A stretch of DNA of 59,824 bases, from NCBI RefSeq assembly GCF_003334255.1, contig NZ_QOWU01000028.1. One strand, written 5' to 3'. The DNA is from Escherichia coli. Its GTDB lineage: Bacteria > Pseudomonadota > Gammaproteobacteria > Enterobacterales > Enterobacteriaceae. Made by a program: the position numbers and the translations under genes. The notes beneath the pieces are model-generated. The model had not been told where the DNA came from. It was given only the letters and a program-made list of their open reading frames with translations, and did no database searches. Numbering within the stretch: the first letter of the stretch is position 1; every line of letters starts with the position of its first letter. Shown here one piece after another: positions 10,975 to 22,383 of this stretch.

Positions 10975-11154
10975 TCACATTCTGTCCTGAAAATTCAGTT
11001 CGTCACAGTTAACCAGTTTTAGTGGATTAACTGAGTTCATATTGCGGCATTTGTCTGTTTCTGTTGCCAGCAGTTCAATCCACTGCATCAGTAAAGTATC
11101 AAACAGAAAAACGAAGACAGCGAAAACGACGAGCCACCAATACTTGCGAATCAT
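10975..11154 (-). CDS. yhdU: Small membrane protein (DUF2556-like)
   Basis: Start trimmed to MIRKYWWLVVFAVFVF (59 aa) from the 68-aa ORF; single hydrophobic helix. Confidence 0.6.
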   Translation of the reverse strand: MIRKYWWLVVFAVFVFLFDTLLMQWIELLATETDKCRNMNSVNPLKLVNCDELNFQDRM

Positions 11155-11237
11155 TACCTGAGCCTGTGCATGTTTAACCAAGTCTGGCAGGAAATATACA
11201 CGAAATGAATAATCTGAAAACCAGGCTTACACATCCT

Positions 11238-12122
11238 TTACTTTGTAATGAGATCGGGGTCAACTTCGCTTAACCGGCTTCGTTTTGACAGGTTGCCGGT
11301 CTTTCTTTTTTTCACTTTCGCCAGTTCTTCCGCAGAGTAATGCGACGCGACATCCAGCCGTCGAAGCCCCATTTTGATGTACTCGCTGTTGATCTCAATA
11401 CCAATGAATTTTCGTCCGCTGGCGATGGCTACGGCACCGGTAGTAAAGCTACCAGCAAACGGGTCGAGAACGATATCGCCTGGGTTGGAAGAGGCGAGAA
11501 TAATGCGTTTCAGTAAGGCTTCCGGTTTTTGCGTCGGGTGGTTTTCATATTCATCCATCAAATAACGCACGCGCGGAAAATCCCAAACGTTACCCGGTAC
11601 TTTTTGATGATTGTAAGGCTGTGGAGGATTTTTGCGATAATCGATCAACGCGCGCTGCGATCCGGTTTTGGCTTCTACCAGAATAGCATCACCGTTGAAT
11701 GTGTAGTTCTTTGCGTCTTTCACCATCATCAGGATGGGTTCGTACATGGAGCCGTAGTGTTTTTTCGCCTGCACTCCAGAACTGTCATATGACCAGACGA
11801 TGCGACTTTTGATGGTAAAAAGCTTGCGGCACTGGAGATCGATAAAGGGCATGTTTTCCGTACTGTTCATGATGTACATGCTGCCCTGCTTTTTCAGAAC
11901 GCGGTGGCACTCTGCAATCACTTCAAACAGCCAGTCGATAAACAGATCTTCTTTCCAGGCTTCGATCAGACCATCAAAATTTTTACCGATGTTATATGGT
12001 GGGTCGGCAAAGATCAGATCGACACTTTCGGCGGGGATCTTTTTAAGTTCGGCAAGCGCATCACCGTGAATAATGGTCTTAGCTTCATTACCAAACCGGG
12101 TCGGTTCACATCCTGTTCTCAT
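11238..12122 (-). CDS. yhdJ: DNA adenine (N6) methyltransferase, orphan
   Basis: ORF with DPPYN motif IV of N6-adenine methyltransferases; start taken at MRTGCEP (294 aa). Confidence 0.9.
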   Translation of the reverse strand: MRTGCEPTRFGNEAKTIIHGDALAELKKIPAESVDLIFADPPYNIGKNFDGLIEAWKEDLFIDWLFEVIAECHRVLKKQGSMYIMNSTENMPFIDLQCRKLFTIKSRIVWSYDSSGVQAKKHYGSMYEPILMMVKDAKNYTFNGDAILVEAKTGSQRALIDYRKNPPQPYNHQKVPGNVWDFPRVRYLMDEYENHPTQKPEALLKRIILASSNPGDIVLDPFAGSFTTGAVAIASGRKFIGIEINSEYIKMGLRRLDVASHYSAEELAKVKKRKTGNLSKRSRLSEVDPDLITK

Positions 12123-12145
12123 GGTCACTCCCTTTGTGACACCTA

Positions 12146-12185
12146 TAAAAAAGGCGCTTCCCCATGCCGAGTAGCGCCTTTTTAA
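12146..12185 (-). terminator. Intrinsic terminator after fis
   Basis: Minus-strand AGGCGCT...AGCGCCT stem followed by a U-run, between the fis stop and the yhdJ start. Confidence 0.6.
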
Positions 12186-12207
12186 TCAAGCATTTAGCTA
12201 ACCTGAA

Positions 12208-12504
12208 TTAGTTCATGCCGTATTTTTTCAATTTTTTACGCAGCGTACCACGGTTGATGCCCATCATCAGCGCAGCACGGGTCTGGTTACCACGGGTGTA
12301 TTGCATCACCATGTCCAACAGGGGCTGTTCTACTTCAGCCAGTACCAGCTCATAGAGGTCATTCACATCCTGACCATTCAGTTGAGCAAAATAGTTCTTC
12401 AGTGCCTGTTTAACCGAGTCACGCAGGGGTTTTTGGGTTACCTGATCCTGAGAGTTAACGGTAGAAACGGTCAGTACGTCAGAATTTACGCGTTGTTCGA
12501 ACAT
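12208..12504 (-). CDS. fis: Nucleoid-associated protein Fis
   Basis: 98-aa [42 protein letters not shown]...[13 protein letters not shown]. Confidence 0.98.
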
Positions 12505-12529
12505 AGTTCTGTCAGCTCTTTATTTCTGT

Positions 12530-13495
12530 TTACGCAAAATTTTCGAAGTATGCCTCCAACGCCTCCAGCTGTTCGCTGGCATCCTCAATGGCGTTGAATG
12601 TGCGCCGAAACTGGTCATTTGGAGCGTGTTCCTGGAGATACCAGGAAACGTGTTTACGTGCAATTCGGTACCCTTTTGCCGGACCATAAAAGTCATGCAG
12701 TTCCCGAACGTGCGCGCAAAGCAAGCGCTTAACCTCTGCCAAAGGCAGCGGGGGCAGCAACTCCCCAGTGTCCAGATAATGCTGGATTTCCCGAAAGATC
12801 CAGGGTCTTCCCTGAGCTGCGCGGCCTATCATCAGGGCATCCGCCCCTGTATAGTCGAGCACAGCTCTGGCTTTAAGCGGGTCAGTAATGTCGCCATTCG
12901 CGATAACCGGAATGGAAACTTTCTGCTTAACTGCCCGAATACTGTCGTACTCAGCTTCTCCATTGAACAAACAGGCGCGTGTACGGCCATGAATGGTCAG
13001 AGCCTGAATGCCACAGTCTTCAGCCAGTTGGGCAATCTCTTCGCAGTTACGGTGTTCCGGTGCCCAGCCGGTGCGAATCTTCAGGGTAACAGGAACGTCC
13101 ACTGCATTGACGACCTCGGTAAGGATCGATTTAACGACATCCGGGTACTGCAAGAGGGCTGAACCTGCGAGCTTGCGATTCACTTTTTTAGCCGGGCAAC
13201 CCATATTGATATCAATAATCTGGGCACCGCTTTCCACGTTAATACGTGCTGCATCTGCCATTTCTTTCGGATCGCTACCAGCAATTTGCACGGTGCGAAT
13301 ACCGGGTTCATCAATGTGCACCATCCGTAAACGAGATTTGTCGCTTTCCCAAACCTGTGGGTTAGAAGACATCATCTCGGATACTGTCAATCCGGCTCCC
13401 ATCTCGTAGCACAACGTCCGAAAAGGTCTGTCTGTAATGCCAGCCATGGGCGCTGCGATCAGGCGATTTCTGAGCTGATATTGTCCGATGCGCAT
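12530..13495 (-). CDS. dusB: tRNA-dihydrouridine synthase B
   Basis: 321-aa ORF immediately upstream of fis with Dus-family sequence. Confidence 0.95.
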   Translation of the reverse strand: MRIGQYQLRNRLIAAPMAGITDRPFRTLCYEMGAGLTVSEMMSSNPQVWESDKSRLRMVHIDEPGIRTVQIAGSDPKEMADAARINVESGAQIIDINMGCPAKKVNRKLAGSALLQYPDVVKSILTEVVNAVDVPVTLKIRTGWAPEHRNCEEIAQLAEDCGIQALTIHGRTRACLFNGEAEYDSIRAVKQKVSIPVIANGDITDPLKARAVLDYTGADALMIGRAAQGRPWIFREIQHYLDTGELLPPLPLAEVKRLLCAHVRELHDFYGPAKGYRIARKHVSWYLQEHAPNDQFRRTFNAIEDASEQLEALEAYFENFA

Positions 13496-13534
13496 GAGTT
13501 AAGAAATGACCATACTGTGACTGCAAGGCGGCGT

Positions 13535-13562
13535 ATATTACGCATTTTTTGCACGAGATGAA
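13535..13562 (-). promoter_or_regulatory. Candidate dusB-fis promoter (-35 TTCATC, -10 TAATAT, GC-rich discriminator)
   Basis: Minus-strand TTCATC-N16-TAATAT followed by CGCCGCC about 40 nt upstream of the dusB start; long AT-rich region further upstream. Confidence 0.5.
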
Positions 13563-13823
13563 AGGCCAAACTTTGACCAATCCTCTGAGATGGATCAAAG
13601 AATTGCATTTAAAATGAGCGTGGTGCGATAATTACTCATAAAAATCATCATATTAGAAAATAGTGACTAAAATTTACACTCAAAGAAATTTGAGTAAGTT
13701 CTCAATTTTTCTTTATGAATGAAAATTTTGGCACGCAAATTTGCGTAAATAATCGGCAAATTTACGTGCCTTTTGTGAGCTTGCTCGCACTTCGCCCCGC
13801 GTCACCCTACGGCGATGCGAAGG

Positions 13824-14705
13824 TTAATTCTTACGACCGGTAATACGGCACCACTCTTCTTTTTCCACGACCGGGTCCAGTGCGAAGCTATCGGCATAAG
13901 CTTCACAAACGCTCTCTGCCTGGCTTGCCAGAATACCGGAAAGGCCCAGCAAACCGCCTGAAACCGGCAGGACGCTGATTAACGGTGCCAGTTCACGTAA
14001 TGGGCCTGCAAGGATGTTAGCGACCACCACGTCGGCTTTCATTTCTTCTGGCTGATCTTTCGGTAAGTAGAGTTCCAGACGGTCAGAAACGCCATTACGT
14101 TCGGCGTTATCGCGGCTGGCCTGAATCGCCTGCGGATCGATATCAATACCAATGGCTTTTGCTGCACCCAGTTTCAGCGCCGCGATCGCCAGAATGCCGG
14201 AACCACAGCCAAAGTCGATGACTGTTTTACCGGTTAAATCGAGGCTGTCGAGCCATTGCAGGCACAGAGAGGTGGTTGGATGGGTACCCGTACCAAACGC
14301 CAGCCCTGGATCTAACATCACGTTGACGGCGTTTTCGTCCGGCACATCACGCCAGCTAGGGCAGATCCACAGTCGTTCACCAAAGCGCATCGGGTGGAAA
14401 TTATCCATCCATTCGCGCTCCCAGTCTTTATCTTCTAGTTGTTCGATTTTATGCGCGAAGCCTGCGCCGAGCAGCGGATGGTTTTCCAGAATCGCCACCA
14501 CGTCGTTCATATCGGTTTCAGCGTCGAACAGACCAATCACATCGGTGTCGCCCCACAGGCGCGTTTCGCCCGGCAGCGGTTCAAATACTGGCGTATCGTG
14601 GGTATCCTGAAAAGTGATAGAAACGGCACCCGCTTCCATCAGCGCATCGCTAAGATCTTCCGCGTTCGCGCCGGTGGTGTTCAGTTTCAGTTGGATCCAA
14701 GGCAT
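13824..14705 (-). CDS. prmA: Ribosomal protein L11 methyltransferase
   Basis: 293-aa [35 protein letters not shown]... with methyltransferase fold motif. Confidence 0.95.
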
Positions 14706-14716
14706 GGCAAAACTCT

Positions 14717-16168
14717 TTATTTATCAGTAGTCAAAACGGTAGCTTGCGGGACGGATGTACCGAAACGGTTTCCGACCAGGAAAGCCAGCAAACTTAGTAG
14801 TAACGAGGGCACGATAGGGTGGAAGCCCAGGTACTGAATATTCAGCGTCGCGAGTACGGCATACAGCACGCCGCCAACGATCATCGCACTTAGCGCGCCT
14901 TTGGCGTTGGCGCGTTCCCAGTAAAGACCCAGCACCAGCGGCCACAGGAAAACGGCTTCCAGCCCACCGAAGGCCAACAAATTCAGCCAGATGATCATTT
15001 CTGGCGGCTTCCAGGCGGCAAGCAGCAGCAACGCGCCGAGAACTAACGTAATTACCGCCGACATCCGCTTCAGACGCGTCTCGTTTTGCATTTGATCCGG
15101 ACGGATATTCAGATAGAGATCTTTAATGATCGTAGCGGAACTTTGCAGCAGTTGGGCGTTAATTGTCGACATGATCGCAGCCATCGGTGCAGCCAGGAAG
15201 ATCCCGGCAGCAAACGGTGGCAGCACTTTTACCATTAACGTTGGGATCACCAGGTCCGGTACGGTGAGATCGGGGATCACCGCCCGACCTAACGCTCCGG
15301 CCAGGTGCATACCGAACATCAGAATTGCGACCACAATCGTACCGATGATGATCCCCCGATGTACGGCTTTGCTGTCTTTATAAGAGATACAGCGCACCGC
15401 AGTATGCGGCAGGCCAATCACGCCAAAACACACCAGTACCCAGAACGACGTCATAAAGGCAGGCGACAGAATATCGTCAGCGCCTTGTGGCGTAACCAGT
15501 TGCGGATCGATGGTTTGCAAGGTCTGTACTGCGTTACTTAAGCCGCCAGCGGCATGTACTACGCCAATAAGCAGCACAACGGTGCCAATCAGCATCACAA
15601 GCCCTTGCATGGTGTCGTTCAGCACGCTGGCGCGAAAGCCACCAAAGGCGGTATATAACGCAATGCTGATACCAAAAATCAGCAGCCCGGTTTCATAAGG
15701 AATACCCGCCGCGGTTTCCAGCAGGCGCGCACCGCCGATAAACTGCACGGTCATCGCACCAACGAACGCAACCAGCAAACTCAAACTCGCCAGCCACACC
15801 AGAAGACGACTCTGGTAGCGGGCAAACAGCATATCGTTCAGCGTCACTGCATTGTAGCGGCGCGCAAGAATCGCAAACTTCTTGCCGAGAATACCGAGTG
15901 AAAGCCAGACTGCAGGAAGCTGAATCATCGCCAGCAATACCCAGCCCAGCCCGTATTTATAAGCAGCTCCTGGCCCGCCGATAAACGAACTGGCACTGAT
16001 ATAGGTCGCGGTGAGCGTCATCGCCAGCACAATACCGCCCATAGAGCGGCTGCCGAGGAAATACTCATTAAGGAAGGTGCCGGTGCTCCGTTTACGCATC
16101 GCATAAACCGAGATACCGAACACCACCACCAGATAGGCGACCAGCGGTAGAATTACTTCAAGCTGCAT
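14717..16168 (-). CDS. panF: Sodium/pantothenate symporter (SSS family)
   Basis: Multi-TM ORF; start at [15 protein letters not shown] (483 aa). Confidence 0.95.
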
Positions 16169-16400
16169 CGTCATCCTCCAGTGGGATATCGCGATAGATA
16201 AATTTCACCATCGCCCAGCACAGTCCAATAAACAGCAGCGGCGTCAGGATGCAGGCCATCTCAAACCAGCGCGGAAAGCCGGTAAAACCGGGGGCAACGC
16301 CAGATAAGTAAGCGGCTACTAACCAAACTGCCAGATACAAAAGGGTCAGCCCCAGCGCCCAGCGCGCCTCTTTATGGGCCTGAACAAAACGAGTGTCCAT
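16158..16400 (-). CDS. yhdT: Small membrane protein (DUF997), overlaps panF start
   Basis: 80-aa ORF with two hydrophobic segments; its stop overlaps the panF start by 11 nt. Confidence 0.8.
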   Translation of the reverse strand: MDTRFVQAHKEARWALGLTLLYLAVWLVAAYLSGVAPGFTGFPRWFEMACILTPLLFIGLCWAMVKFIYRDIPLEDDDAA

Positions 16401-16464
16401 TTTTTGTCCCTGATGGGTGAAGAAAGCGGGGATTGTACCTTATGGGGGTTGTCGATCCCCAGTA

Positions 16465-16494
16465 ATAAAAAAGGCCGGAAAATCCGGCCTTTTG
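16465..16494 (-). terminator. Intrinsic terminator after accC
   Basis: AAAAAAGGCCGGAAAATCCGGCCTTTTG: perfect GGCCGG/CCGGCC stem with flanking A/T runs just 3' of the accC stop. Confidence 0.65.
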
Positions 16495-16508
16495 ACGCTT
16501 TAGCAGTC

Positions 16509-17858
16509 TTATTTTTCCTGAAGACCGAGTTTTTTCTCCAGATAGTGGATGTTAGTGCCACCATGCTGGAAGTTCTCGTCATTCATGATGCGGATCTGCA
16601 GATCAACGTTGGTTTTGATACCGTCGATGATCAGCTCCTGCAGCGCATTCTTCATGCGGGCAATCGCCACGTCACGGTTTTCACCGTAGCAAATCAGCTT
16701 ACCGATCATTGAGTCATAGTACGGCGGTACGGTGTAGCCCGCGTAGATATGAGACTCCCAACGTACGCCAAAACCGCCAGGTGCGTGGAAACGGGTGATT
16801 TTGCCCGGACTTGGCAGGAAGGTGTTCGGATCTTCGGCGTTGATACGACATTCCACCGCATGGCCGCGAACGTGAACTTCTTCTTGCTTGATCGACAGCG
16901 GTTGACCGGCAGCGATACGCAGCTGTTCTTTGATCAGGTCAACGCCGGTGATCATTTCTGTAACCGGGTGTTCTACCTGAATACGGGTGTTCATTTCGAT
17001 GAAATAGAACTCGCCGTTTTCGAACAGGAACTCGAAAGTACCTGCACCGCGATAGCCGATATCAACACACGCTTTAGCGCAACGTTCGCCGATGTAGCGA
17101 CGCAGTTCCGGGGTAATGCCCGGTGCTGGCGCTTCTTCGACCACTTTCTGGTGGCGGCGTTGCATGGAGCAGTCACGTTCCGCCAGATAGATAGCGTTGC
17201 CCTGACCGTCAGCCAGTACCTGAATCTCGACGTGGCGAGGATTTTCCAGGTATTTCTCCATGTAAACCATATCGTTGCTGAAAGCAGCTTTCGCTTCCGC
17301 ACGGGTCATGGAGATGGATTGTGCCAGTTCAGCGTCGCCGCGCACTACGCGCATACCGCGACCGCCGCCGCCGCCGGAGGCTTTGATAATCACCGGATAA
17401 CCAATGCGTTTAGCAATGGCACGGTTTTTATCCATATCGTCGCCCAGCGGGCCGTCAGAACCCGGTACGCAAGGGACGCCCGCTTTTTTCATCGCCGCGA
17501 TTGCGGATACTTTGTCGCCCATCAGGCGAATGGTTTCTGCTTTCGGGCCAATGAAGATAAAGCCGGAGCGTTCAACCTGCTCGGCAAAGTTGGCGTTCTC
17601 GGAGAGGAAGCCGTAACCCGGATGGATTGCTACTGCGCCGGTGATTTCAGCGGCGCTGATGATTGCCGGGATGTTCAGATAACTTTTTACTGACGGAGCA
17701 GGGCCAATACAGACCGTTTCATCTGCCAGTAATACGTGTTTTAGATCGCGATCCGCGCTGGAGTGCACAGCGACAGTCTTGATGCCCAGTTCTTTACAGG
17801 CACGAAGAATACGCAATGCAATCTCGCCGCGGTTGGCAATAACAATTTTATCCAGCAT
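16509..17858 (-). CDS. accC: Biotin carboxylase subunit of acetyl-CoA carboxylase
   Basis: ORF with ATP-grasp motifs; start at [16 protein letters not shown] (449 aa). Confidence 0.98.
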
Positions 17859-17868
17859 GTTCGCCTCG

Positions 17869-18339
17869 TTACTCGATGACGACCAGCGGCTCGTCAAATT
17901 CTACCGGTTGTCCACTTTCGACCAGAATTGCTTTCACGGTACCGGATTTGTCCGCTTCGATCTGGTTCATCATTTTCATGGCTTCAACGATGCACAGGGT
18001 ATCGCCCACGTTGACTTTCTGACCCACTTCGATGAACGCTTTTGCGTCCGGGCTTGGGGTGCGGTAGAAAGTACCAACCATCGGGGAACGTACGATGTGA
18101 CCACTGATTTCCGCTGCTGCTGGCGCTTCCATGGAAGGAACGGTCGCCGGAGCGGCTGCGTTAGATTGAGCTGGCTGCTGCATCATTGGTGCAGCGTAAG
18201 CTTGTTGCATCACAGGGAAACTTGCGGCAGGAGCTGCACGGCTAATGCGTACTGACTCTTCGCCTTCAGAAATTTCCAGTTCGGAGATGCCTGATTCTTC
18301 AACCAGCTCGATCAGTTTTTTAATCTTACGAATATCCAT
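17869..18339 (-). CDS. accB: Biotin carboxyl carrier protein
   Basis: 156-aa ORF with Ala/Pro-rich linker and biotinylation motif [10 protein letters not shown]. Confidence 0.98.
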
Positions 18340-19316
18340 GAGTGGGTTCCGTACTCTTTGTTTAGTGTGATTGTGACAGGCGTTTCACCGCCGTCTGTAA
18401 AGCGTATGCCCCGACAGCTGTATGCATAGCGATAAATTCCAGCAGGCCGGGACGCCGGTCTATTTTGCCCCAGAGTGTCAATGTTAGACTTGACGGACAT
18501 TGTGCAGCGATCTGCTGCTATCCTCCGGCAAAAAACAAAATATACCTTCGTTGCGCCAATGTCACCTTTTCCGCAGCGCAAAAACTGCGTCAGGGAGGAC
18601 GAGGTCGCACATTATAACGATTTCGTAGCAATTGGCAGCTAAATACTGGTCTTATCAGGGAAGATAATCAACAGCTAACATGTAAATAACCTTCAACACC
18701 GTGTAATTTGCAACAAGCCGCACAATTCACGAAATTAGCGCCATCATCGACGGAACTTCTTATAACGTAAGGTGAAAAGCTGAAAAGCCAGCCCTGCGAA
18801 GATGAGGGGCTGCAATGAGATAATCTTCACAGACCACAAATAATGTAGGGATGCCAGGATCGCGACAAGATAGACGACATTACGCAGCGGTTGCTGGGGA
18901 TTACCCAATTTTCACTGCATCGTCTGGATAGATGTGAATGCTAAAGCACGCAAAATTAACCGATTGACAATGCTCAGCATTAAATAGGTTCGAGTGATTA
19001 ATTTGTAGTCAAACAAAATCAGATTATTCACCCCATGGTACCAGAAATAAGTAAGGGGCTAAGCGTAGCGTCGCCCAGGCAAAGCACCATAAACCTAACA
19101 GGCGACGGAGGCGTATCAATAATAGCTGTTTAGTGGAGTATCAATGCGCATCAATTTGTGGTCAGTCGAAATCATGACTTTCCAGTTTGGATGATGTTGT
19201 ATAACTTCCTGACCAAGGTGTTCGACGAAAGCTGTCCGGCTAACCGCTTTTCCCGTTAACCGATTGAATAATGATTTCAAAATGAGTTCCCTCTCTTATT
19301 ATTCCCTGCTAAATGG

Positions 19317-20291
19317 TTAGTTAACCTTCACCAGCGTGCGACCCTGGATCTGGTTATTAATGATGGCCTCGGCAAAGTTCGGTGCCTCTGACAGAGATAT
19401 CTCTTTTGCCGCCTGGGTATAGAATGATTCCGGTAAATCGGCGACCAGTCGCTGCCAGGCTTGTGCGCGGCGTTCTGGTGGCGTCATTACTGAATCCACC
19501 CCTTGCAAACGGACATTACGCAGAATAAATGGCATGACCGTGGTTGGCAGAGTAAAACCACCCGCCAGACCACAGGCCGCCACGCAGCCGCCGTAATTCA
19601 TTTGCGCCAGCACTTTTGCCAGCACTTTGTCGCCAACGGTGTCAATTGCCCCAGCCCAGACTTGTTTTTCCAGAGGACGGGATTCGGCAAACTCATCACG
19701 AGGGAGAACACGGCTAGCACCTAAACTTTTCAGATATTCATGGGTACTTTCGCGACCGGAAACGGCAACGACCTGATAACCCAACTTATGCAGCAGCGCC
19801 ACGGCGGTACTGCCGACGCCACCACTGGCACCCGTCACGACAATCTCCCCGTCCTGCGGGCGAACACCGGCATCTTCCAGCGCCATCACACACAGCATGG
19901 CGGTAAAACCGGCAGTACCGATAATCATTGCTTTACGCGCGTCCAGCCCTTGCGGCATGGCAACCAGCCAGTCACCTTTCACTCGCGCCTGCTCCGCCAG
20001 CCCACCCCAGTGGTTTTCACCAACGCCCCAGCCAGTGAGTAACACCTCCTGACCGGCATGAAAACGCGGATCTTCGCTGGTGCGTACAGTTCCGGCAAAA
20101 TCGATCCCAGGAATCATCGGAAAATTACGGATGATTTTTCCCTTACCGGTAATCGCCAGCGCATCTTTATAGTTCAGGCTCGACCAGTGAACATCGACCG
20201 TGACATCGCCCTCCGGCAGGCGACTTTCGTCCAGAGTCTGTACTGATGCGAGAGTTTTGCCGTCCTGCTGTTCTAAAAGTAACGCCTGCAT
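19317..20291 (-). CDS. acuI: NADPH-dependent acrylyl-CoA reductase / quinone oxidoreductase family
   Basis: 324-aa ORF with zinc-free MDR-family sequence (MQALLLEQQDGKTLASVQTL...). Confidence 0.9.
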   Translation of the reverse strand: MQALLLEQQDGKTLASVQTLDESRLPEGDVTVDVHWSSLNYKDALAITGKGKIIRNFPMIPGIDFAGTVRTSEDPRFHAGQEVLLTGWGVGENHWGGLAEQARVKGDWLVAMPQGLDARKAMIIGTAGFTAMLCVMALEDAGVRPQDGEIVVTGASGGVGSTAVALLHKLGYQVVAVSGRESTHEYLKSLGASRVLPRDEFAESRPLEKQVWAGAIDTVGDKVLAKVLAQMNYGGCVAACGLAGGFTLPTTVMPFILRNVRLQGVDSVMTPPERRAQAWQRLVADLPESFYTQAAKEISLSEAPNFAEAIINNQIQGRTLVKVN

Positions 20292-20442
20292 AAGTGGTCC
20301 TCATGTGCATGATGGATTGGAAAATAATTTCTGAAGACTATACTCGCTAATGGAAAAGCAAAGCCGATGAAGCGCAATAAATTGCGAGATAAATCTGATT
20401 TGCTAGTATGCCCGCTTCCTCACTATCGGAGTTAACACAAGG

Positions 20443-22383
20443 ATGAGATTAACGACGAAATTTTCGGCCTTTGTTACGCTGCTCACCGGGTTAACAATTT
20501 TTGTGACTTTGCTGGGCTGTTCGCTAAGTTTCTACAACGCCATTCAGTATAAGTTTAGTCATCGCGTTCAGGCGGTGGCGACGGCGATTGATACCCACCT
20601 TGTGTCGAATGACTTCAGCGTATTAAGGCCACAAATTACCGAATTAATGATGTCGGCAGATATCGTTCGTGTAGACCTGCTCCATGGTGATAAACAGGTT
20701 TATACCCTGGCCAGAAATGGTAGTTATCGTCCAGTTGGCTCCAGCGATCTGTTTCGCGAACTGAGCGTTCCGTTGATAAAGCATCCGGGGATGTCGTTGC
20801 GTCTGGTTTATCAGGATCCGATGGGCAACTATTTCCATTCGTTGATGACCACCGCGCCGCTCACGGGGGCGATTGGCTTTATCATTGTTATGCTCTTCCT
20901 GGCGGTACGCTGGTTACAACGGCAACTTGCCGGGCAAGAATTGCTGGAAACCCGGGCTACTCGTATCTTAAACGGTGAGCGTGGCTCTAATGTGTTGGGA
21001 ACCATCTATGAATGGCCGCCCAGAACCAGCAGTGCGCTGGATACGCTGCTTCGTGAAATTCAGAACGCACGCGAACAACACAGCCGTCTTGATACGCTGA
21101 TCCGCTCTTATGCCGCCCAGGACGTGAAAACCGGCCTCAATAACCGACTCTTTTTCGATAATCAGTTAGCAACGTTACTGGAAGATCAGGAGAAAGTAGG
21201 TACCCACGGGATCGTGATGATGATTCGTCTGCCGGATTTCAATATGTTGAGCGATACCTGGGGGCACAGCCAGGTTGAAGAACAGTTCTTCACTCTGACG
21301 AATCTGCTGTCGACATTTATGATGCGCTACCCTGGCGCACTGCTGGCGCGTTACCACCGCAGTGATTTTGCTGCGCTGTTACCGCACCGGACGTTAAAAG
21401 AGGCAGAGAGCATCGCCGGTCAGTTAATCAAAGCCGTTGATACCTTGCCGAACAATAAAATGCTCGATCGCGACGATATGATCCACATTGGTATCTGCGC
21501 CTGGCGTAGTGGTCAGGATACCGAGCAGGTAATGGAACATGCAGAGTCTGCCACGCGTAATGCGGGATTGCAGGGCGGCAATAGCTGGGCTATTTACGAT
21601 GACTCGTTGCCTGAAAAAGGACGCGGTAATGTTCGCTGGCGTACGCTTATCGAGCAAATGCTCAGTCGCGGCGGCCCGCGCCTTTATCAAAAACCGGCGG
21701 TTACTCGCGAAGGTCAGGTTCATCATCGCGAACTCATGTGCCGCATCTTCGATGGTAATGAAGAGGTTAGCTCGGCGGAGTATATGCCGATGGTCTTGCA
21801 GTTTGGCTTATCGGAAGAGTATGACCGTCTGCAAATCAGCCGTCTTATTCCACTATTGCGTTACTGGCCAGAGGAAAATCTGGCGATTCAGGTTACCGTT
21901 GAGTCGCTGATTCGCCCGCGTTTTCAGCGTTGGCTGCGCGATACGTTAATGCAATGTGAAAAATCACAACGAAAACGCATAATTATTGAACTTGCAGAGG
22001 CCGATGTAGGTCAACATATCAGTCGTTTACAACCTGTTATTCGTTTAGTGAATGCTTTAGGGGTACGGGTAGCCGTCAACCAGGCTGGTTTGACGCTGGT
22101 AAGTACCAGTTGGATCAAAGAACTTAATGTTGAGTTACTCAAGCTCCATCCGGGGCTGGTCAGAAACATTGAGAAGCGAACGGAGAACCAGCTGCTGGTT
22201 CAAAGCCTGGTGGAAGCCTGCTCCGGGACCAGCACCCAGGTTTACGCCACCGGCGTGCGTTCGCGAAGCGAGTGGCAGACCCTGATTCAGCGCGGTGTTA
22301 CAGGCGGGCAAGGGGATTTTTTCGCGTCCTCACAGCCACTTGATACTAACGTGAAAAAATATTCACAAAGATACTCGGTTTAA
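20443..22383 (+). CDS. csrD: CsrB/CsrC sRNA decay factor with degenerate GGDEF-EAL domains
   Basis: 646-aa ORF with N-terminal TM segments and degenerate GGDEF/EAL region. Confidence 0.9.
   Translation: MRLTTKFSAFVTLLTGLTIFVTLLGCSLSFYNAIQYKFSHRVQAVATAIDTHLVSNDFSVLRPQITELMMSADIVRVDLLHGDKQVYTLARNGSYRPVGSSDLFRELSVPLIKHPGMSLRLVYQDPMGNYFHSLMTTAPLTGAIGFIIVMLFLAVRWLQRQLAGQELLETRATRILNGERGSNVLGTIYEWPPRTSSALDTLLREIQNAREQHSRLDTLIRSYAAQDVKTGLNNRLFFDNQLATLLEDQEKVGTHGIVMMIRLPDFNMLSDTWGHSQVEEQFFTLTNLLSTFMMRYPGALLARYHRSDFAALLPHRTLKEAESIAGQLIKAVDTLPNNKMLDRDDMIHIGICAWRSGQDTEQVMEHAESATRNAGLQGGNSWAIYDDSLPEKGRGNVRWRTLIEQMLSRGGPRLYQKPAVTREGQVHHRELMCRIFDGNEEVSSAEYMPMVLQFGLSEEYDRLQISRLIPLLRYWPEENLAIQVTVESLIRPRFQRWLRDTLMQCEKSQRKRIIIELAEADVGQHISRLQPVIRLVNALGVRVAVNQAGLTLVSTSWIKELNVELLKLHPGLVRNIEKRTENQLLVQSLVEACSGTSTQVYATGVRSRSEWQTLIQRGVTGGQGDFFASSQPLDTNVKKYSQRYSV

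Noticed and set aside
16749-17693. 314-aa plus-strand ORF antisense to accC
   Set aside because: Shadow ORF on the strand opposite a highly conserved, GC-rich gene; its low-complexity translation has no recognisable domain. The same applies to other antisense ORFs such as 9132..9749, 12626..13162, 24034..24654, 27996..28649, 42009..42689 and 50412..50996.
18312-18581. 89-aa minus-strand ORF upstream of accB
   Set aside because: It overlaps the accB start and falls in the accBC promoter and leader region; no support beyond the absence of a stop.
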